The notes under the pieces: model-generated
What the model saw: the letters and a program-made list of their open reading frames with translations, nothing else
Databases searched by the model: none
What the model was told of the DNA's origin: nothing
IMG/VR virus record: IMGVR_UViG_3300028591_000161
Coordinates: 1-64,000 of that record
Direction: 5' to 3' (one strand)
Source of the DNA: a virus
Lineage: Duplodnaviria; Caudoviricetes
DNA length: 64,000 nt
Position numbers and translations under genes: made by a program
In this document: positions 10,422-18,407 of the stretch, in pieces
How the letters are laid out: every line of letters begins with the position of its first letter
How positions within the stretch are numbered: the stretch's first letter is position 1

Positions 10422-10437
10422 GGTATTTCATCCTTTC

Positions 10438-11190
10438 TTATGGAGATTCACGATTGATATCCTTCATGTTCGCATGAAGTCTTTCAATACTATAGTATGA
10501 TTCTGAAATCAGATCCGTTTTTATTCCCATTGCTGCCAAGAACAGATCGGTTTGCAGCAATGTAGGTTTGTCGTAGACACCAGTCTTGATGTCTTCCAAA
10601 CGGACAGAACCACTTCGGGATATTTCCTCGAGCATATTATCATACTCGACAACATTATCTCCGCGGGCTCCAGATATTTCAGAAAGAATCACATCGGCAC
10701 CAGCACCTGCGAGAAGCTCATTTTCAACACCAGTGGTTGTGCCGGCTTTGGAATCACCTTTCACAGCACCAGTGTTTTCATCACGGTCCGTATCCGTAAT
10801 GGTCAGTCCCGTCTTTTTCATGACCATCTGTTGCGGACGCTTGATGTTGAGATATCCCACAAGGACAGGCTCCTTGGTTCTTACAGGTCGGTTGGGATCA
10901 GACGACAGATGCGGCATATATACATACTCGAATAATTTTATTCCGAGAATATCAGCAGCTTTTTCGATATTCTCAAAACGGAGTCGTCTTGAATCCGGAC
11001 CAAACTCTTCAATATCAACACGGATATTGGATTTGGGATCTGCTAAAAATCCTTTGATCCATTGATCAAATTGCTGATCGGACATAACTTGGAACATGTT
11101 TCGGTATTTCTCTGCATTCTTTCCAGATATGTCAATCGCCCGAAGCACTTTGTCAATCAGATCCTGGACTTTCTTACGTTTGTCATTCAT
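10438..11190 (-). CDS. rpoB: RNA polymerase beta subunit, C-terminal fragment (split, probably virion RNAP)
   Basis: PVLVGYLNIKRPQQ, GTTTGVENELLAGAG (diverged GQRFGEME..LEAYG) and ISGARGDNVVEY (cf. TVKSDDVVGR). The true start is ATG 11190 after AGGAAAGGAG. Confidence 0.75.
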   Translation of the reverse strand: MNDKRKKVQDLIDKVLRAIDISGKNAEKYRNMFQVMSDQQFDQWIKGFLADPKSNIRVDIEEFGPDSRRLRFENIEKAADILGIKLFEYVYMPHLSSDPNRPVRTKEPVLVGYLNIKRPQQMVMKKTGLTITDTDRDENTGAVKGDSKAGTTTGVENELLAGAGADVILSEISGARGDNVVEYDNMLEEISRSGSVRLEDIKTGVYDKPTLLQTDLFLAAMGIKTDLISESYYSIERLHANMKDINRESP

Positions 11191-11212
11191 ACTTACACTC
11201 CTTTCCTGTGTA

Positions 11213-11229
11213 AAGTTACCGAAACGTTT
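11213..11229 (-). promoter_or_regulatory. Late-type promoter motif AAACG-N6-TAACTT
   Basis: AAACG TTTCGG TAA CTT lies just upstream of the RBS of the RNAP beta C-terminal gene. Confidence 0.6.
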
Positions 11230-11245
11230 CATTTTTCTGATACGT

Positions 11246-11260
11246 CATATGTATATAATT
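11246..11260 (+). promoter_or_regulatory. Early-type AT-rich promoter motif CATATGTATATAATT
   Basis: An identical 15-mer occurs at 35512..35526; this copy is upstream of the isolated plus-strand gene 11336. Confidence 0.6.
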
Positions 11261-11335
11261 AATACGAATGGGAAATCAAGATCTCGTTCTAAATCCATTG
11301 ATTCCATAAGGAATAGAAAGGAAGGAAAACAATTT

Positions 11336-11848
11336 ATGGACAAACAAGAATTCTATGACAAAAATGTATCGCTTGTTAAGAAGATCGTCGAGCGATGCAG
11401 AAAGCTCACTATAGTAACGATCGTCCCAAAGGCGATCAAGTCGTTTGTCATCGTCAGAAAAATCGCGCATGCATTCGGTTATTCATCTATCATCAAATTT
11501 GTGTCGGATTGTGCATCTGATGAAGGGTCTGATAAACTTGTCGAAATGTATGAGCAGATGGATCCTGAGAAACAGGAATACATCGATAAACTTTACAATG
11601 ACAAGTTTGTTCCGGCGACAGATGAATTGATTGAAGACTGCGAAAACGGGGAAGCATTGTTGGCACAAACTGATATTCCCATGGCAGTGATTCAAGCAAT
11701 CAATGAATCCAAAGGTTCTGATGACGAAGATGAACCAGATGATGACGATGATGATTTATTCGACAGAATCAAATCTGAAATCATCGATGAGTTCTTTGAT
11801 GGCATTGATCCTGTTGATGCATGGAACGATACCGATGATGATAAGTAA
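11336..11848 (+). CDS. Acidic hypothetical protein (early-type cassette)
   Basis: ATG 11336 follows AAAGGAAGG. The gene has its own AT-rich promoter motif and terminator and an Asp-rich C-terminus. Confidence 0.7.
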   Translation: MDKQEFYDKNVSLVKKIVERCRKLTIVTIVPKAIKSFVIVRKIAHAFGYSSIIKFVSDCASDEGSDKLVEMYEQMDPEKQEYIDKLYNDKFVPATDELIEDCENGEALLAQTDIPMAVIQAINESKGSDDEDEPDDDDDDLFDRIKSEIIDEFFDGIDPVDAWNDTDDDK

Positions 11849-11853
11849 GAAAA

Positions 11854-11882
11854 ATATCGTGGGGCATTACGCCCCACGATAT
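11854..11882. terminator. Bidirectional intrinsic terminator
   Basis: 12-bp stem ATATCGTGGGGC/GCCCCACGATAT with A/T tracts between convergent genes. Confidence 0.8.
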
Positions 11883-11890
11883 TCTTTTTT

Positions 11891-14086
11891 TTAATGAGCA
11901 GACTCGGTAACTTGAATGTTGTTGTGGTCAACAATGCTCTGGAGATGCGCGTCAAGATCTTCAGCTTCCTTTGGATCGAAAATGTTAGAAGCATATACTT
12001 CCTTCAAGTTCGTATCCTCAAGGGACGAGTAATTTGCAACAATCCATTCACAATATTTCTTGATTGCAGGATCGAGCTTTTCACCAGATGCAAGAATCTT
12101 CTTTGCACAAGTCATCGCAGCATATGATCTTTCCTCCGGAGACGGATGCGGATCAAACATCAGTTTGCCAACCTCACGTTCCAGATTTACGATTTTCTGC
12201 AGACGATCTTTGTCAACCTGATTCGCAGTAATGTACTTAGAAGCAGGACCAACACTCCACACATTCGGAAGACCATACATCGCTGCAAACAGGTCAGCAT
12301 AGTATTCTTCCTTGTTAGTTGTGTTCAGCCACTTCTTAAGCTCATCTGCATAGAGTTCATTGACAGCCTTCTCAGTGCCACCAATTGTACCCATTGCAGT
12401 GCCGCCAATCATCATACCGATGCCGATTGGTGTAAAGACGTGAGTGATTGCCAGCAACGCACCGATGACAAACAATGCTGTGCCACCAATCTTTCTGCCA
12501 AGTCCGACATGCTTCTTCTGCTTAACAGTCTTCTTGGATGGATCATTCTTGTCAATGTATTTCTCCATTGCGGCGATATACTTATCAAGTGCAGCAAGAT
12601 CCGTTGAATCAGCTGCTTCCGCCTTCAATGATTCGATACGTCTCTGTTCATACTTCGTTGATGCAATTGTCATCAGCTTCTTGACGATGACGCGCTTTGT
12701 AAGTGCATTCATCTTCTGCCCAGAAGTTGCTGCCAACGTATTTACGCAGTTTGACATGATGACACGTCTGTTATGCATGTTATCTGTCGACGAAGCAAGC
12801 GCCATTGCTGATGAAACTGTGAATACGAATTGTCCATTCTCTTTTTCAAGAGAGCATGAGATCTGATGCCAAATCTCGTGCAGTATGATACCGAGAACAG
12901 TTTGCCCAAAGAGCTCACGATCTTTGGATGCCGGATTGATCTGGAGAATCTTTCCGCCGAAATCGATATCAACCGGGGTTCCGTGCAGTTGGAAACCTTT
13001 TGCCTTTGAAACGGTGATCGGCTGTTGGATGTCATTAAATGTCGAAACATATCCATCCGTGACTTCCTTGCCCTTATCATCCTTGAAATCAAAGAAACGA
13101 ATTGCCAAATGACAATCAAACTGTTTCTCGATGCATTTGATACCTTCCTTGAATTTTTCATTTCGGCAGATATCTTTCAATGTTGGATTTTCATCCAGCA
13201 AAGATACACGCGCAGCATTGAATAACTCAACCGCTTTCATGAGTTGTGTATTATCAAAGCGCATATGTTTCAGGTCTTTTGATGTCGGTGCAGATGAAGC
13301 ATCTTCTGCTTCCTGAATCATTCCAGATGTTGGTTGAACGAAATCAAACGATGGATGCAACATATCATATCCGAGCGTTGACGTTCCATTGTATTGGTCA
13401 ACAAGATCCATGAAGTACGCAGACTCATTGATCTTCTGTGAAATGTCGTGTGCTTGTTTGTCAATATCCATCTTGATGTTGTCATTGGTCGTCACGCCAT
13501 GCATGATGTCATCTTCTTCTGCAGAGAAGTAAGATGATGTTGTTGGTTTGTCCGGTTCAGAAACGAAATCCGGGATCTGTTTTGATGCCCGGAGTTCGTT
13601 TACTTTTGCATTTGCAGCAGGGGTGTTATCCATATCGACCAGTCCGGAAGAATATGCAATGATCTCACCGCCGTTTGCATCAAAGAACCGACCAACCACA
13701 TCACCTTTAGACGGGTCAGCTTGTCTCTGATTTGCAATTGCACGATTCTGTTGAATCTGCGTATTCTGATATGTGTTCAGCTTGGAATTAATCCGTTGAG
13801 AGATATTATCCAACACAGCGCCGATTGCACATACAATTGCTTTTGTATTTGCTGATGGATTCGGTTTGTCGGGTGCCATGATACAATCACCCATGACACG
13901 AATACCATTGACACGATCATCAACAACGATGTTTTCAGCAGGAATCTGGTACATCGCTGCGACAGACTCCAATGCTTCAACAAGCGTTTTAGACTTGTTG
14001 ATTGCTGATTCAACAGCTTCTTTTGTCGGAGCAATGGAATTACCTTGACGGGTTACATTCGGTGCTCCCATTTCGTTCGGTGTCAT
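11891..14086 (-). CDS. Probable internal head protein with zincin metallopeptidase domain and hydrophobic hairpin
   Basis: Carries ILHEIWHQ (HExxH), a downstream EEYYADLFA third-ligand motif, a Gly-rich hydrophobic hairpin, and MIQE|AE and VTE|SAH motifs. Confidence 0.7.
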   Translation of the reverse strand: MTPNEMGAPNVTRQGNSIAPTKEAVESAINKSKTLVEALESVAAMYQIPAENIVVDDRVNGIRVMGDCIMAPDKPNPSANTKAIVCAIGAVLDNISQRINSKLNTYQNTQIQQNRAIANQRQADPSKGDVVGRFFDANGGEIIAYSSGLVDMDNTPAANAKVNELRASKQIPDFVSEPDKPTTSSYFSAEEDDIMHGVTTNDNIKMDIDKQAHDISQKINESAYFMDLVDQYNGTSTLGYDMLHPSFDFVQPTSGMIQEAEDASSAPTSKDLKHMRFDNTQLMKAVELFNAARVSLLDENPTLKDICRNEKFKEGIKCIEKQFDCHLAIRFFDFKDDKGKEVTDGYVSTFNDIQQPITVSKAKGFQLHGTPVDIDFGGKILQINPASKDRELFGQTVLGIILHEIWHQISCSLEKENGQFVFTVSSAMALASSTDNMHNRRVIMSNCVNTLAATSGQKMNALTKRVIVKKLMTIASTKYEQRRIESLKAEAADSTDLAALDKYIAAMEKYIDKNDPSKKTVKQKKHVGLGRKIGGTALFVIGALLAITHVFTPIGIGMMIGGTAMGTIGGTEKAVNELYADELKKWLNTTNKEEYYADLFAAMYGLPNVWSVGPASKYITANQVDKDRLQKIVNLEREVGKLMFDPHPSPEERSYAAMTCAKKILASGEKLDPAIKKYCEWIVANYSSLEDTNLKEVYASNIFDPKEAEDLDAHLQSIVDHNNIQVTESAH

Positions 14087-14088
14087 TA

Positions 14089-17000
14089 TTACACACCTCC
14101 TGTCTGAGTTGCCGGGGCCGGAGTTTGGGCAGCAGCCGCCGGCTGTCCATTATTGACTGCATTGGTTGCAGATTGTGCTGCAGCATCCGCTTTCTCTGTC
14201 AGGTTGCTTTGTGTCTTACTCTGAGACTGATATGCTGCGACAATGTCTCTGTATGCGGAATAATACGTATTGAAGAACGTATTTGTGATTGCATTGATCA
14301 CATTGATCTGATATGTCTGAGCAATCTGCTGGAACAGCTTGAACAGTTGTTCAGCATTTGTACCCTGCTGTTGTGGTTGTTCCGCTTCTTGAGTTGGTTT
14401 CGGTTTGTTGGCTTCAGCTTCTTCCTTCTTACGAATAGACTCAAGTGCTTTCATACCAGACTCGAGAGACTTGACCATTGCTTTCGTAGCGTCCTGAACA
14501 AGTCTAGCAGAATTGGAAAGGTCGTCACACATGTCTTTCCACATTTCAGCACCCATAGGACCATTCACATATACAGGGTTTTGCTGTGGTCTGGCGTTGA
14601 ACAGGACATATTTTTGGATTGCTTCAGCTTCCTTTTTCGGATCATTCAATGCGGCAATCTCAGCAGCTATCTGTTGATTGCCAGGGTAGATTTCCGTCTT
14701 AATCTTTTCGATATTGAGTGGTGTATCTGGGTTACGAAGATACTCATCAAGAGCATTCTTCGCTCCATCAGCCTTGTTAACGATGTCTTTGAGCGGAATA
14801 CTATACCGTGGGAAATTATTCAGTACAGGTTTGAACGTTGTGCCGATTGCATTCGCAATCTCTTGGTTGAGTTGTGCATGCTTCGCAACATAGTTTGCTT
14901 TTGCACCATTGATCTTTTCAAACAATGCCGGAATCTGAGCCAGCTTGTTTGTAATCCACTGCGCGAATTGACGCATTGTAGACGTCAGTTTATTCAATGC
15001 AGCATTCTTCGGACCAGTCTTGATTTCCTGTCCATTCTGATCTTGGAATGTGACTTTCGGAGGAGCAGCTTTCTCACCAGGCTGTGTTTCTTCCATATAC
15101 ACAAATGCTTCGCAATATGTGTAACCCGGAATCATGGTATCCTTCATGTCATCGGAATATGTCACAATCGTACAGTGATTGTTATACAACTTAATCACAT
15201 TACGTGTGAAGCATTCACCGAGTACTGCAAGAATATCTCTTACGAGATCCTTGTTGTAGCAGGACCACGGTTGTTCATCGATCACAGCACGCATCACACC
15301 AGCAATCTTCAGAATATTATCAGCAAGCTCACTATTGGTCTTCAGAGAGCAGCCGCAGTACATCCGATGCAACGTTTGAAGCGTCAGATAGATTGGATGA
15401 CGATTGTCATTACCAACAGCATCCATGCGATAATTACCATCCAGGAAGTTGTTGCCATATGCAATCTTGTCCAGCCAATTGACATCCGTTTGGAATCCGG
15501 CTCTGTCATAATCAAACTCAAACGGACCATTTCCATGGCAGTCGGGTCTGAAGTATGGCTCAAACAATTGCAACGTTGCATTGCATCCAACTCGAGACGG
15601 AATCCGCTTTTCCGTTGCAGATTCGATCAACATTGCATGAATTGGAGAACGATTGTCTGTCAGCATGAAATGAATTGCGCTTCTGGTATCTTTGAAATTC
15701 GGCGTGCAATCCTGTAGAACGATATTCCGCATGTTGAAATCAAACGGAATGCGTGCGCGAATGTTGATGTCATTCGTCTTGACCAGGCAGAATTCAGACA
15801 CATACTCCGTGAATGCACGCTTCGTATCCGCTTCCTTCGCGAATTTCTTCAGATGTGTGACAACTGCATCTGAATCATACATCGTGCATGGTCCTTCATA
15901 CAGCTTTGTGAATTCATTTGCAGGCATCGTTTCCAATGCTTTGAACATATCATCCGGTGAAGGAGAATTCTTATCAGAAATCTTTCCGACGAATTCTTTG
16001 ATAATGGAATTCACGAATGCAGAACAAATCTTCTTGTTCTTATCAGCATTCTCTTCCGCCGCGTCATTAAACGCCTTCTTCACCAACAGACCGAGATCAT
16101 ACTTGGTTTTACCGGACTGAATGCGTTCATTGATAGATTCTCGCATATCCTTCACGGTTTTATTCGGAGCATAGAATCCATAGACACAAACCTCACCACC
16201 AATGTTGTTCAGCATCTTAATGGATTCCCGACGCAGACCCTGGGATGCAGGTGCATATTCCGTGGTTGCAAATGTATAGGAATACAGATGTTCCAGATCA
16301 GGATCGAATGAAATTGCTGCATGTGACCACTTGGAGTTCGTGAACTTCTTAATCGTGTTAGACACGATGTTTGTTCCGGAGATCAGGACAACGAACACCG
16401 GTTTACTGCCACGAGTAGAAACGCTCTCTTGTGTAATCGTTGCATTTTCTTTCCGCAGATAAGTTGTCATGGGTTCGCAGTAACCGATCATCTGTGTCAG
16501 CATACAAGTATTCATACCGCATGCAAACAGAATAAACGTTTCGATGTACGTCATGACAACATCGCAGTTGCAGCATACGAGACCATCGAGCATGGATTCC
16601 TTCATACACTTCTTGATGATCTCCGGCAGAGCTTTTACGACTGCTTTCATGCTGGGTCCGAAATGCATGTCATTGATCTTCTTGTAATCAGGCTTCATAT
16701 CAGCCGCACGTTTCTTCATTTCGAACTTGGAATACACACTGCGGTCAAAGAATGTATTCTCTGTCTCAACGAGAAGTTCCATCAGAGTTTGAACACGAGG
16801 ATCCGAGTATCTTGACATCGCAAAGATGTTTTCCGGATCAATCTCATTACCCGTGTTCTTTTCGATGAATCTCTTGGCCATCTCCACAGAGAACTTTTCC
16901 AAATCAGCAACATCACACGTGATCAGCTTCATGGAAATCGCCTTGAACAGATCATTGATGTATGTTGAAATGTCATTCGGTGTGATATACCGCATTTCAT

Positions 17001-17193
17001 ATCTGCAATTGCAGATGCCGTATTCATCCTCATATCCCGAACCATTCACAAGTGATTGGAGTTGGTCCAATGCTGAATCATATGATGTAATGGAAGCATC
17101 AAATGATTGCAGGAACTCGGGAGAGAATTCAACGACTGGTTTTCCATCCGGCTTGTTGATATCAACAACGGCCGTTGTACTTTTTTCAGTCAT
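14089..17193 (-). CDS. Probable internal head protein with permuted papain-like (YiiX/YaeF-type NlpC/P60) domain
   Basis: WSHAAISF (His), KYDLG and ICSAFVNSII (Cys) occur in permuted order. The true start is ATG 17193 after AAAAGGAG. Contains an ITQE|SV motif. Confidence 0.7.
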   Translation of the reverse strand: MTEKSTTAVVDINKPDGKPVVEFSPEFLQSFDASITSYDSALDQLQSLVNGSGYEDEYGICNCRYEMRYITPNDISTYINDLFKAISMKLITCDVADLEKFSVEMAKRFIEKNTGNEIDPENIFAMSRYSDPRVQTLMELLVETENTFFDRSVYSKFEMKKRAADMKPDYKKINDMHFGPSMKAVVKALPEIIKKCMKESMLDGLVCCNCDVVMTYIETFILFACGMNTCMLTQMIGYCEPMTTYLRKENATITQESVSTRGSKPVFVVLISGTNIVSNTIKKFTNSKWSHAAISFDPDLEHLYSYTFATTEYAPASQGLRRESIKMLNNIGGEVCVYGFYAPNKTVKDMRESINERIQSGKTKYDLGLLVKKAFNDAAEENADKNKKICSAFVNSIIKEFVGKISDKNSPSPDDMFKALETMPANEFTKLYEGPCTMYDSDAVVTHLKKFAKEADTKRAFTEYVSEFCLVKTNDINIRARIPFDFNMRNIVLQDCTPNFKDTRSAIHFMLTDNRSPIHAMLIESATEKRIPSRVGCNATLQLFEPYFRPDCHGNGPFEFDYDRAGFQTDVNWLDKIAYGNNFLDGNYRMDAVGNDNRHPIYLTLQTLHRMYCGCSLKTNSELADNILKIAGVMRAVIDEQPWSCYNKDLVRDILAVLGECFTRNVIKLYNNHCTIVTYSDDMKDTMIPGYTYCEAFVYMEETQPGEKAAPPKVTFQDQNGQEIKTGPKNAALNKLTSTMRQFAQWITNKLAQIPALFEKINGAKANYVAKHAQLNQEIANAIGTTFKPVLNNFPRYSIPLKDIVNKADGAKNALDEYLRNPDTPLNIEKIKTEIYPGNQQIAAEIAALNDPKKEAEAIQKYVLFNARPQQNPVYVNGPMGAEMWKDMCDDLSNSARLVQDATKAMVKSLESGMKALESIRKKEEAEANKPKPTQEAEQPQQQGTNAEQLFKLFQQIAQTYQINVINAITNTFFNTYYSAYRDIVAAYQSQSKTQSNLTEKADAAAQSATNAVNNGQPAAAAQTPAPATQTGGV

Positions 17194-17284
17194 GGCATTT
17201 AATCTCCTTTTCAAAAAATTTGGGTCAAAACTCTCTTTCATACGAGAGGTTTAACTCTTCGTTTTCGAGTAATATAAATGGTAT

Positions 17285-17540
17285 TATTTCTTCAGAAATT
17301 TTTTTAATTTTTGAAATATATAACATTCCTTCGAAATGTTATTTCGTATTCATTATAAAAAAAATTACATTGCTCTTCGACATCTTGAATGTCGCATGAC
17401 GTCATTTTTAGTGGGGATATTTTTTAATTTTTGATATCCCGATAGCAGGGAAAATAACAGAATGAAATCAAGAATTTCATTCTGTTGGAAATAATAAAAA
17501 TTTGACGTTCACTTCGTTCACATCATTTTTATTATTTCCT
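17285..17540. repeat. AT-rich cluster of six inverted repeats plus a duplicated TTTTTTAATTTTTGA
   Basis: Stems at 17320-17342, 17378-17394, 17396-17405 (palindrome), 17414-17440, 17456-17486 (13 bp) and 17487-17539 (15 bp). Confidence 0.8.
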
Positions 17541-17652
17541 GAATAAATAAAATGAAACGATACATCAATAGGTCGGTTTGACAAAATTTTAATCTATTCC
17601 AATATAGATGTATAACACCGAATCAATTTGTAGAAAGGAGGTTGCATATTCT

Positions 17653-18396
17653 ATGCGCAACACTCGTTGTCCGTTCTGCAGTAAGATATTTGATGACAAA
17701 CACAAGTTCTGTCATCACGTTGCAATGCAACATAATGATCAGATTCCGGAAGATCAACAACCTTTGGAATTTGCATATTCACTTCTTGTTCATAAACCAA
17801 CTGGAAGACAGTGTGTGATTTGTAGAAAGAATCCTGTCAATTTCAATAATGAAACGTTGAAATATGACAGAATCTGTGACAATCCCGCATGTAAAGATGA
17901 ATATGTCAGAATCATGAAAGCCCGCATGGTGAAAGTACACGGGCAAGAACATTTACTCAATGACGCAGACATGCAACGGAAGATGATATACAATCATCAC
18001 AATGCCAAAGATTTTGTCTGGGATGATCAACACAAGTTCAGAATCATCGGAACCTACGAAGAAGATTTCTTACGTAAATTGAAATCAATTGGTTGGTCAC
18101 CGAATGATGTAATTGCACCATCTCCAAACAATTATTGGTACAAATGGAAAGATGGTACCACACATCTTTACATTCCGGATTTCTATATTCCGTCTCTGTC
18201 ATTGGAGGTTGAGATCAAAGAATCTGACAACCAACATCCGAGAATGGAACATGAGCGCGAAATGGAAGCGCTCAAAGATAAACGTCTTCATGATGAAGAA
18301 CGCAAAACGAATATCCATTATATCAAGATCGTTGACAAAAAATATGATGAATTCATCAGAGACTATGTGAAGTCTGATGAAAATAAACCGGATTGA
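17653..18396 (+). CDS. C2H2/Cys Zn-finger plus PD-(D/E)xK (TnsA/T4 gp4-like) endonuclease
   Basis: CPFC..H...H finger, CVIC…CDNPAC and YIPDFYIPSLSLEVEIK nuclease motif. Start 17653 after AAAGGAGG. Confidence 0.7.
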   Translation: MRNTRCPFCSKIFDDKHKFCHHVAMQHNDQIPEDQQPLEFAYSLLVHKPTGRQCVICRKNPVNFNNETLKYDRICDNPACKDEYVRIMKARMVKVHGQEHLLNDADMQRKMIYNHHNAKDFVWDDQHKFRIIGTYEEDFLRKLKSIGWSPNDVIAPSPNNYWYKWKDGTTHLYIPDFYIPSLSLEVEIKESDNQHPRMEHEREMEALKDKRLHDEERKTNIHYIKIVDKKYDEFIRDYVKSDENKPD

Positions 18397-18407
18397 GGTG
18401 AATTTAA

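Noticed and set aside
11190-11232. Upstream start giving MKRFGNFTQERS, with an apparent QE cleavage motif
   Set aside because: These bases are the promoter and RBS. The true start is ATG 11190, so the motif is not in the protein. Track starts were likewise shortened for about 15 other genes.
14002-15717. 571-aa plus-strand ORF (and the many other 60-290 aa overlapping ORFs, e.g. 5281..6006 and 58025..58906)
   Set aside because: They lie antisense or out of frame within well-supported genes and lack RBSs or motifs.
17285-17540. CRISPR or TIGR-like array
   Set aside because: The stems differ in sequence and length, there is no regular repeat-spacer period, and no Cas or Nop-domain gene is adjacent.
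17578-17615. Host sigma-A promoter (TTGACA … TATAAC)
   Set aside because: The -35 is perfect but the spacing to the best -10 is wrong, and the 17-bp-spaced hexamer (AATATA) is poor.
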